Shown here: piece after piece, positions 26,401 through 38,400 of the stretch
Layout: every line of letters begins with the position of its first letter
Numbering within the stretch: the first letter of the stretch is position 1
NCBI GenBank assembly: GCA_965285935.1
Contig: OZ260663.1
Span: 34,906,001-34,970,000, forward strand
DNA: 64,000 nt
Direction of reading: 5' to 3'
Source of the DNA: Ophelia neglecta
Lineage: Eukaryota
Made by a program: the position numbers and the translations under genes
Notes under the pieces: model-generated
Told to the model about the DNA's origin: nothing
Seen by the model: the letters and a program-made list of their open reading frames with translations, nothing else
Database searches by the model: none

Positions 26401-29400
26401 ACATCTTAATCGCATTGCTTGCAAACGTCTGGAATTTCATATTCATTAAAAGATGCATATTAAAGAATCGATAAATGTTTTAAATAAATGATGCACGGGT
26501 AAGTTAGTATTGCGCTAAACTATACAGATCCGTTGCTAGCAAACCAAACAGGTCCGGAGTTGCTGCTATTTTATGACACTCGCACAACAGAAAACTCGTT
26601 TGAAATGTCGTCAAACTAAGATACCCAATGACTTTCTATGCTCAAGCTGTTCAAATAATGACACAATCACGAATTACGTGATGAAAACCGGATAAAATGC
26701 GAATGATGTGGTTTTTTGAAAGGCTTACTATATTGTTCTGGCTGGTTTTTCACGAATTCATGGGTTTTACCTGGAACATGTATGTCAAGGTCACATCTGA
26801 ATACATAACTGAATTCGCAGCCTCTCAATGGAAGTAAAGGTCTAGGAGTCTTATTAAAGAATTTAGACTGATTTGTTCTTCAACTTTACAAGGTCATATA
26901 TGAAATCACTGTTGTGTTCGCAGAATGTACTTTTTTTTAGGGAGTTTCGTCATTTTCAGTAAATGGGTGCGTCAAATTACGTAACATGAGTAGTTTTATT
27001 CGTACATATCGTTTATTTGGTTTTGTAGTAGGATATTCCGGTTGCCTTTTCTATATCCACTATCCATTAAGAAGAAACCACCACGGATGACCTCCCTACT
27101 ATACAAGTTATTTTCCTCGATTAACAATGTATTCATACAGGGCGTCCCGCAAAAATTTACAGCGTACAGAGCGTGTCATTAAGCCAAACAGGATTCAATC
27201 TTTATACCAATCTTGGAATAAAAATCAAAAATATAGTGATAAGGATTAAGCAATATTTTCAATGTTTACCCCGTATATGCTATAGTACACTAATTACTAC
27301 GGCGCAGTGCAAGTGTGGTTAGGTGAAGCTAATCCCATTTAAATAGTGCGGGGGTTGGGGGGGGGGGGGCTCGACAAAAGATTTGATGCATTGTCTGTAG
27401 ATTGTATTGGTTTATAATCGTGTCATCTTGGGTTACAAAAATGCGCTAGTTATGAATATGTCGGCGGTTTTAATTTCGGAATTTGCGGCTGCTCTCGAAA
27501 TAGTGCCCCTGGTGAGTGGTTGGCCGATGACGTATGTATAAATAAAGGGGGATATTACAAAGAGCCAGGTCTGCTGAAGAAAAATACTACATAACCTAGC
27601 CTGAATTTTGGATATTATATGGACATAGGATGACTCATTTTGTTTATGGCCAAGCAGCAAACCGCCTGAATCGTTAGATATGTTGTTGCAAGTAGTACGA
27701 ACTTAGGAAATGTTCGTTTGTCTGTTTGAAAGATTTATCTAAATCTAGAGCAGACGTGACCGCTAGGATGACCTAACTAATTTATTAAAAATACGAAACT
27801 TACGCAGTAAAACTAATACGAGCTTGCTTTAAGGAGGCACTATTTTATTGTATTTGGCACCATCAATATGATACTATTATAGAACGGTTTTCGGTAATAT
27901 CTCTTGCTTTTGGCCCAATATAATTTCATATGTATTGCTTCTTCAGTAAGCCAATTTTATTATACTTGCCAGAAACGGCTTCGTTTTGTTTGCTTCAGGG
28001 CATTTCTATTCCAGAGCCAAGTCATACTATTCAGGTAATATGACCCAGAAGATGCAAGATTTATGAAGTTTTCAGGCACCGTGGTTGTTTGATGATTGCA
28101 AACATGCAACACAACGGTTTTAAGTTTCATAGATATATTACCCCCCCCCCCCCCCTTATCATAATTATTGTTTTGTTTTCCTCCCCTTTCTGGAGATCAA
28201 AGTGCAAAAATGCAATAAACATAACATATACATAGATTATAAATTTGATTAATGAAGAAATAGTACAAATATTCATTTATCAATTGAAAGCTCCAGATAA
28301 GATTAGGTTATATAAGTTAAGATTAATTGAATTAAAGAAAAATGTGACAAAACCTGCGTCCAGGGCCAGAAGCGTTAATATTCGTGGTGAAATACTGTCA
28401 TATAGTTACACATAGTTAGTCTATATGTTACATACATCAAATTTAATATTAGATCTATATTTAATATTAACTACTTTCCCATCATGGCTATTTTGGCATT
28501 TGTCTAATGATATAAATTTATCTAATAGCTGCGAGGGTTGAATGTTGGAATGAGTGAGACTGGAATGACCAGACAAACTGTTCCGACACGGGTAGTTACT
28601 AAACGTGAAATCATCGGCATTCAGCGGAGTTCTGCCTTGCAACGGCAGAAGGCAGTAACGCTTTTAACTAACGATTATTTCATTTCGATTTTTCTTTTTT
28701 GATATTGGACACAAGTAAAAGCATTTTCCATGTGTGGTAAAAGGCAGTAACTGGTATAAATCATTGTGTGATACAAAGGCAGAAGGCAGTTAGCGCCTTA
28801 CTGCTGTTTGCCTTTGCACATTGCTGCCATGGAAAGGCAAAGGGCGGAATCACATTAATCAGGACAACGACAAAAGGCAGTGCCATATGATTACCAGAGT
28901 GGCAGATGGCCGTAGCTAAACCGTTGCAAGGGCATAAGGCTTTAACTTGTTCTTAGAACAAAGGCAAAGGCAGTATCTAAACCGATTCAAAGACAAAAGG
29001 CAGTATCGATCAAAAGAGTCACATTTAAACTTAACTGAATCACTTGAAATTTCGAATGTGGTATTGTATCAGTAGGTCGCAGGGTATTGATTAATCTTCA
29101 CGGCGTCTGAGCGCGATATCATAACAGGTCAGCGGTTTTACTCTTTTCTCGAAACTTAGCCATCGAGCGACAGCGGGAATTACTGCCCCTTTTCTTTTCA
29201 CAACAGAGTTACTTTATTTCTGGTTCCTGTAGCGCTGGACAAAGGTGGAGAAAGGCCGCAGTGTTCCGCGGTGGCGCGTCATACAACGGTTTAAGTTCGA
29301 TAGTTATATCAAAACTCCCACTTTAGTAACTTTTATTTCTGACAGACACTGTTGAGCATGGCTAGCTTTACGTACTTAATAGTACGTAAGGATTATGACT

Positions 29401-32400
29401 GACGACTATTTGGACAATAAAAGAATTACAGTAACATAAGTCATGAGAGTGACGATGTGTGACCTTTGTGACCTTATCGGCACATATCATCATAGAGTTA
29501 AATAATAATAATGGGGCAGACGTTTTTAAACGAAACGCTTATATTAGTACTAATATATTTAGTGAGTATATGCAGGGATTCGATTTGATGACCAACTGTT
29601 TATTTGCGATTTATGTTTAAGATTTCCTATCTTAATTTAAATATAACTAGAGAGGATATTGATTATTAAAATACTATTGTTCGCAACCCATCCACTAACT
29701 CCAGTACAATGTCAGCCGGTCTTATTTCCAGAAACTTCTTAATCCTATCAGAGTATTAACGAAGAGAAAAAGTCCCAGCTACCAGAGAAAGCTGTCACTT
29801 GAGTCGGAGGCTTCCCCTATATCAGACGACTATCTGACAGACGCCTCCATCGACCGGAAACAGGTGATGAAGATGCAGTGCGCCTGCCCAAACACAGGTC
29901 GCAGATAAAAAAAAGGCCGGCGGAAGAACTAGGGCAATCATTAACCGACAAATAAACCTACCGTTGGAAGACTGCATAAACATGAAGAGATAATCAATCC
30001 AGAACAACAAACTCACCTCCATATTTCAACATAAAGGCGATGCTATCATCGCTAGCACTGTGATGCATTATGTGAATTTCAACTTGATGTGTATGGGACG
30101 TGTACACGAGTCTTTCGCGCACATTTCCTGCGCAGACTGTAAAATCTCTTGAGTTGGATTCCTTGACGACGGCGTACACGTGACAGTATTCCGCTTGGGC
30201 CAAGCTGCCACTGGTGTCCGTATTCCAAGAAGACTCCGTTTTGTATCTATTGGATAGCGTAAAATCTAAAAGATAAATGTTGACATGTTGACCGGCCTCG
30301 ACTTGAATCGACCAGGGACAGTCGGTCGAGCCCTGACCGGATGTCTGAGTCACGTGACTGGCCAGGATGCCCGTGGTCTCGGAGACCTTGATGGAACCGG
30401 ACCCTTGAAGACACTTATCATCAGAGGACTGAACTGGAAAGGACAAGAAAATATGGCGTATAGGGTTGGCGAATGGTTTGACAAACTCGGTCTAACTTCT
30501 ATTTCAGTCACTATTTATCATATGGGTTTTTTTACCGGTAGCTACAGTGAAACTGTTAATCAGGACCACCAACGGGACTGGAAAGTACTGTTCTGATTTC
30601 GGAGATCAGTTTAGACAGGTTATTGAAAATGAAAAGCATACATCATGGTTCTCCTATATTAGTGGTCTAAATTGGAAGGTGGTTTGATTGTAGAAGTGGT
30701 TTTCTAAGGCAAATTTCACTATACATTAATTATGGACAAAATAAGGAACTGTCCTTAGACCAGATTGTATAGCAAACTCGGGCCAGCGATCTCACACACT
30801 CTTATTAGTACTTATAATAATAAAAGCCTACATCAGATACATGAACAAGCTTTATTTAAGCTTGCTGTAAACAATAAGGCTGCTATAGTTGCAGAATTAG
30901 GACTTCAAAACATTGGCATATGCTCCAAATAAGGCCATGACATCAATAAGTTTATGAGATTTTGAGAGCTTTGATGTAGATTGCTCATAGGATTTCTTGT
31001 CGACCGTTTATTCCCACACGTCGCGTAATAAATGAAGTGGGGGGTCGGGGTGATCTAAAGATTAAGGGCAGGGGCGATGTAATTTCCCAAGAAACAGAGC
31101 TGGGTGTGCATATTGGCGATGAGGGAGCTCGGGCTCACCTCGTACACAGGTGTAGCCCGCCTCGAGGTAAGCCATCATGTCCCGGGGGCACGGCTGACGC
31201 TGATGAAGGGAGGAGTCGGGCAGGGTGATTTCGCAGCTCTGACGTCCGGAGCATCGCGCGTCCAGCTGAGCCAGCACGTCCGCCGAACAACCGATGTAAA
31301 CGTCGGTTGTCAGACATCGGCCAAGGCGCATGCGTCCGTAGTGTGCCGTCTCTAACAGGATAACATGTCCATCCGGGCAGGTGGCGTTAAACACTTCCCA
31401 CTGACAGTATTCCTTTGCTGAATAAAATAAAGGTGATTAATGAAAACACCATGAAAAACTGGCGAAAATGTGTTCTGTTCAGATTCATTCGCTTAACTTA
31501 ACTATACACGTATAGGTAAAATGAACAATCGCAAATCTATCAGCAACATTAGAAATATTCAATGCGAGAAATATTTTTGAGGTGGTCTTTTAAGACAGGT
31601 TATTCAACACAGCATGGTCCTCATTTAAGTGGTCTGAGATGACAGGTTGTCTGATTATAGAGGTGGTCTTTAAGGCAGGTTCCACTGTATATACAATACT
31701 GCACTATTAGCTCAAGGTTGAAATTCCTAATAACATACAACACATTTTATAAAATGTGGAAGAACCCCCCCCCCCCCCCCCGCACCGAAATTTAAATGAA
31801 TACAAATAAGATCAAATTCAGCATGTTTTATTGACAGCGTTTCCTATGCAAATTAGCCATAAAAACGTGTCATATCGGCCGAATAATGTACTGAATTTCT
31901 CTCGTGCCGGCGAATTAGCGTCATGGCAGGTTTCAAAACACAAACAAGGCCACAGCTGAGGGTTGAGCGCTTCAGAAGAGAGAACAAAGGGCGAGCATGT
32001 GTTCTGATGATTAAAACGGTCACCTCTGTATGTAAGAATCCATCAGCGTCTCTCCCTCAGATGAAACTCACATTAATATAGATAATTTGTCACATTGTAT
32101 AGCTTAGGCTTTGTTATTAGAACAAAAAGTTCTCGTATGTTTTGAAAATTCTCCAGTAACAATGGGACGTATTATGACAATGAAAGGGACTAATCGAGGT
32201 GACCCGGATGAAGTGTCGGATGCCGACAATAATGGCTGACATCTGATGGTATTCTCCTGAAGTCCAGGATGACATATAACATTGTGATGGAGCCGTCTGC
32301 CACAAAATATTGATAGAATATCATTAGTAACCTAGTAGCAAGTCTTTTTCCAGGGGATTCACGTAGAAGTGGGAAGAAGAGCGAGTATCGGCGGCAATGT

Positions 32401-35400
32401 GGGAAGTCCAAGTGTGCCCCCCCCCCCCCCCACCTCACCTCCCGCCTTTCACAGCACCCTTGACCCTATTTCCGGAGGGGGTAGGGGCACTCCCATTATC
32501 AAATTAAACGGGGACGTCCCGCTCCAAGGGTCGCACTTTTGAGCTACAGCGCCCTAACTAGTCTATTATTTTGCCGGAAGTTACAATACCCCTTATATAT
32601 GTATATAAATATCGGATATATGAGTGGGTGATTATCTATACCTGCTTAAAGACATGTGCATGTGTATACTTGGTTATTAGCGGATGCAAAAAATGTAAAC
32701 TAATGGCCGTTGACTGCATTTAATCGTTTGACTCACAGGACATTATTATTATAATTCATCTCGTCAGAATCGTTCCTGTCTCCTGCTTCATCGTACGAAC
32801 GCTCTGCTCAGTTGAGTTGATTAAAGTATATTAAACCAATAGTAGAGGAGCTTCGTCTTTTTCCGCCAAGACACCGGAGTTGCTGGGCATAAACCGCCAT
32901 AACCTGCCCGACCTTAGGAGCGCGGTGATCCCAATCAGGTGATTGGTGTGGTGGTCGTCTGCTACTCGTGACTGTACTTTAAAATTACACAGGAGATTCC
33001 ACTCGAACTTCACTTGGGCGTGCCCCCCCCCCCCCCCCCCCCAATAACTTGTCAACCCGCTGCCCCAGGCTGGCCTTCACGTGTTAATGCCAGGCGTGAT
33101 TCTCTCACAGCATATTGCTAATTTAATCTTCCTAAGAGTGCGTTTAGTTTTAGCCACTCGCCATATTGTGCTGGCTCCAGCGCCCAGTTCAGCCCGGGGT
33201 GATACCCACCTTCTTTTATCGGCCGTTTTTACAGCTCTCAATCCCGCCTTAATCTTTGTGTTCATTGATTTTCGGCCGGTGCGCTACCCGAGTGGAGCTC
33301 GGACGATGTCTGGGATATTAGCGTCGGCCACGGGATCATCCTCGCCTATGCCGTTCGGGAATGGCCGGGAGGGGTCGGAGGGAGCGGCGGGGAGGGGGGG
33401 GGGGGCACAATATGGTGACAAATTCATATACTTGTCAATTAAGTTATTCGCAATGTTGCGCTCAAGACCTATACCGTTATACCAAGACATCAACGTTTGT
33501 AAGGACTGGACTTGTCGTCTGCTTTCGGGATAAAAATAGCGTTCATGGCTGTTAATAAGTTCCACCGATTTCTTGAATTGGAAACATAATAGAATTCAAA
33601 ATAAAGAACAGCTGAAGTAGACATTAACACACTGTTTTATGACAATTTGATTCGGGAGTATTTTCGTATAGTGTAGGAATCGTGTTATTAAAGTTTCATA
33701 AAATAATGCACTGGCGGTATCAAAGTTAGAGGGGAACAATTAACACAGGATTTAAAGAGATTTCTACTACCCTCCCCCCCCGATACAACACCCCCCCCCC
33801 CCATTCCAACAGGCCGCTCCCTTTCCACAATGGTGGGCCACAGGCCATCATAGCTTCGTGATTTACCAGAGCCGGCAAATCCCTGATAACCAAATTAAAG
33901 GCTAGCAAGACCCACACAGGTCACCCAGCGTCGGCTGACACCATAAATTCCCATCCCTCTACATTGCCAAATATTGGTTTGATGGTTTGGGAAAAAGACG
34001 ATCAGTAGGTAATAAAAACAAGATATAGGGGCTGACAAGGCGCGGCCCCGCAGGGCTATTGAGACCCTCCGGTGACAACATCGAGCATTCCCTTCATGTA
34101 GGCATCCTACCACCTAAAAAGAAGCCCATAGCAAGGCCGTCAAATCTCATTGATTACTACACCCATCGACAACTAGTACTTCACTTCCAATGTTATATTG
34201 GCTTTTCTCGATTACATGGCAAGCTTTTGCGTTTAAAAAAACCCAATAGTCGCTTGCCCTTTCAGGCCCATTTTCAAAGAAATGGTTATTAACTAAATTT
34301 CAACCAGATTGAACAAAAATAAACTTGTACGAGAGAAGCCTTTAGAATTAAAAAGTCTCTCAATAAAATGCAGACTCATTCATGCATTGATTATCCTTCC
34401 GCCATCGTCTTAATCATCGGGCGTCTATACAGTAACTAAGCTGAAATACGACCGGCAAATTTATTGCTGAGGAACTCGGGGAACATCCATTGAACGTAAA
34501 CTGTAAGTTTTTTATGTGCTGCAGATTACAACGATCTTATTCAGTTGAGTAAGTAATTACTTGTGAGAGTACTCGGAACTGTTAACGGAAGGAGAATACA
34601 CACAGAATTGCCTCTTCCTTCACTTTTACTTGCCGGGATGTTGTGTCTCCAACACATTGCAAACAAATTCACGTGCCGCCTGACTGGCAATACACTACGC
34701 CAGACAAATGGTTGACATCAAACTGAGTAAATGGGGTGTCTAATGACAACAACCATACTCTAATGGTGATGACCAACAGATTTATCTGACAAACAGAAGC
34801 AGATGGACTTAAGATTACTCCATATTGAGCTGCTGCTAACAATCACGTAATTCGTAAAGAGACCAATTGAAAGTCTATTAGCATCTACTAAATATCGCTC
34901 AAGGGCTGTCATGATCAAACGAGTTCAACAGAGTAGTGAACTTTGATAGGAATAAGAAAATATAACTTTCAGAAGTACATTTTTTTGCAGCGAATACCCT
35001 CGATTATTAGGATATCTATAACTGTATAGCTCTAATATTTCATTACTAAACTTCCGATAATATCAACAACAATAAAACAATACAAGCACTGCTGCTTGTA
35101 TTTATAAATGGATGCTGTCGGTGTTAATAAACTATTATATCTAGCACCCATCCTATACACATGTGTTGATATAGTCTGCAATAAATTATCAAGTCAGATA
35201 TTTATGATCGTGCCTGGACATGTGTGCACAGCCTGGTCTAAATGCATCATAACAAAAAATCAAATCTGGCCGCAGCTGGTGTACTGGTTAAGATCCATGC
35301 AGGGTTAGTATATATTTTCTACTGTTTGGCCATCCTCTTAACACATAAGCACGTGGGTTTCATCACTTGGCTAGGATAAGTAAAGTAATAAGTAGCTTCA

Positions 35401-38400
35401 GGTCAGAGCTTTCCCGCCATGTCGAGATGCGCCCAGGTCGAGAGTCACCAAACAACAGATGCCGTCTGCCTCCCTCTCCAGATGACATGCGGGAGCAGTT
35501 GCTCAACTGTTTGTTTATCTAGGCTTGTGATAAAACACAGCACTGCGATGGCATCTACCATCTGCCAAACGTGCTAAACATGCATCAGCAGCCGACAGGG
35601 GTTACTACAGGAGCCAACACTCTACGCAAGAATTCGGCTTCAGCTAAATTCCGCATATTTCATATTTACTGCTTTCACGTTGGCCAGGATTTCATTATCC
35701 ATGCACCGATTACACAAGATAATTTCAGAGAATTTCTTGGTTAATGCAGTCCAGTAAATGAAGTGGCAACGCATAATTTCATAAATATATCAATATTATT
35801 GAGATTTATTTGCCTTAATTAGTAATGAGTCTATTAGCGGCACTGTAAACTGCCTCCCAGTGCGAGTTAATCTGCAAGTTAATTGTTTTGATTGCTGATA
35901 GAGGCAGCCATTACCAGAAGATTGGAGGGCCAGTGTGTGTGTTTGGCCTGTTCTACCCTCCCTGTCATCAAGGGTCAGTTGGGTCACCCTTTAATGGGAC
36001 GACTGCCCCGAGCTGGTCACGTGTCAGCCTTACACCCCACTGGACATGGGATGTTTAAGTACTAAGTCAGCCCCGGTGTTTAGTTCTGATGTTTTGACCC
36101 ACCCCACCCTCAGTTTGTGGACGGTGAGCACGTTCCTCGGTCAATACCGCCCTTGTCTTTGAATTCCTTTCATGATCTCCACTGGGACCAGCTGAAGTCA
36201 AAGGTTGTCTTTGACACTGACCGCTTCTTCAGAAATTTTTTAACCTCCGAAATGCCCAAAATCGCCTGAAGATATTGCTTGGTCCGCGGGAAAATAATAA
36301 AACACAATACTTGGACACCATTTCCAATTTTATACCTTAGAAGCGAACATGCAAAGAGAATGAATTCACAGATTGATTGAACACTTAGCTTCCGGAAAAA
36401 CAACCACGAATTTGGCACTAAAGAAGAGGAAATTCTCAGCCCAATCATGCCTTCGCTGGTAATACCCTTTCTAGGCACAATGCAGACATTATTCGTTATC
36501 GCCTTTATGCCCTTCACTGAGCACGTTTCCGTTTTCGGCTATCCCTTATATATGATTCGCGGTTATTTAAACCTGGAGCTGGCGCAACGAAATAAGTCAG
36601 CCGTGAAATGTGTAAATCTTCGCTCATTTGGCTTGATTGCACTCATAGCGATCATGCAGTCTATTTTCATTATTTACTTTCGCAAATTCTACCCTGTCAA
36701 GGCTGGTTCTAATTGGATGCATTTGATAAATAGTGCCCCTCTCAAACCAGCAAATCGCTTTAAATGGAGGATACCAATTGCCTGGTCTCCGAACCTTGGT
36801 AACAAAAGAGCAAGACATGGCAACCCCCAAACCAAAGAAAGCAAATCAGAAAATCCGCCAGAAGGTTTCAAACCGAACAATCAGGGAATGACAGAAGATA
36901 TATGCTCAAACAGTACACTGGCTGGCGGATTTAGGGATCGCAGGGAGCAGCAGCCATTTTGACCCCCCCCCCCCCCCCTTGCATCTGAAGAACAAAAGCA
37001 AAAGCCTAAACATTCTATTATGTGAGTACGGGGGTGCAACAATTATAATAATGGTGAATGGTTGCGGTGTAAAAACAAACAGAAATACGCTGGATTCACT
37101 ACAGTGAACGATATTATACAAATATTAACTGGTCTGCTATAGGTAACGGTTCAGTATTCCGCATTTGGTGGGTTGGTCAGTTCTTATATTGTCCGAGGCG
37201 AAGCCGAGGGCCTTAATTAGCTTTAAACCTTGGTATTGGAATATGAGACTCGTCTATCGCAGAAAAAAACGAGACAAAAGAAGTGAAGGGGCCTGCGTAG
37301 AAAACAACTGCACGAGAAGCGGTTTCGAAGTCCCCAACACAATACTTGTTTGTCAAACTTGAAACCCTCAAACGACGGTAACGACAATGAGAAAGTGAGA
37401 TTTACACGACGACTTGTTTGAAATGGAAACTGAAAGATTCCCATTATTATGAAAAGTAAGATATATGCCAGTTTCTAAAAAAACTATTATCATGCTGGTC
37501 CGCGTCTTTCTAGACGCTTTTTTCAATGGACTTTTGCAGTAGTGTTTCTTAATTTAAAAGGTTCTGGGAAAGTCTACGAATGTCTATATTTATGAAACAC
37601 TTATACCCCTGACACAATGTTAGCGCAGCTGCTTTTCCCAGGGGCCAAGCGTTGCAATATGTTCAAGTGAACTAGACTCAATATGTAGAGAACCACCTGA
37701 TGAAAGGAATGGTCGACTTGTCTATCGAAAACTCCGCACCCGGTTAAATCCACACAGGGAGGATATATTGACAGTTAAGGATATAAATTTAATGTTGGTC
37801 TACATCAATACCCCGCCTCCTTTATTTTAGCTGGTAGCTTCTTTACAGGACAGATGTTATAAGGACTAAACACGTTCTATAAATCTACATAACATGGTAG
37901 GTGTAGATTACATCAAGATGTAGCCACATACCATTCCAGCAACAGAATTCTTTTTCTTTTTCAATAACACCGCTTCATTATTACGCAAGTTGCATAGCAA
38001 AATTCAAATGTGAAATAAGTGAAATATGCAATATAGTACCAAGACTGGTAAATATGTGCACTTATGGAAATGGGGCGTAATTTGATTATGCCGTTTAAAA
38101 GTTACCAACACACAGGTGATGCGCTTGATGGCTTGAGTTTCTATGGAACAATATTGGAACAATACAACTGGGGAGCACTAAGCGGTTAAGTCTTCTTCAG
38201 ATCTCTGACTTTTTACCAAAATGGTAAGTTATGAGTATTTCAACACTGATCTAATCAGTCGTTTTCTTTCCAAAGTCATAGACACTCGCGGGGAGAAGGG
38301 GGGGTAGCTTCAATTAACGGCAAAAATGGGTGAATGGTCTATATGTTCTTTCAGATGACAATTCATGCCTTTTGGCTCTAAAATAAATCGAGGTATTTCA

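Noticed and set aside
29994-30016. Read-through of the CUB exon ORF to a nearby stop (secreted isoform)
   Set aside because: A short in-frame run into an intron is expected by chance, and the donor GTGAGT is strong.
32117-32300. Possible extra exon after acceptor-like TTTTGTGGCAG
   Set aside because: The phase-1 frame hits a stop at 32190 with no good donor before it, and it has no domain-like content.
33081-33565. Overlapping 150-aa and 93-aa ORFs
   Set aside because: A GC-rich patch running through a poly-G tract with no protein motif.
36447-36962. 171-aa plus-strand ORF
   Set aside because: No recognisable domain or splice structure, and antisense in intron 1; likely chance.
37690-37740. 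Hammerhead-ribozyme-like CTGATGA...GAAA (similar at 188-214 on plus and ~53535-53556 on minus)
   Set aside because: Stem II cannot pair properly and stems I/III are not evident; an Infernal search would be needed to revive the idea.
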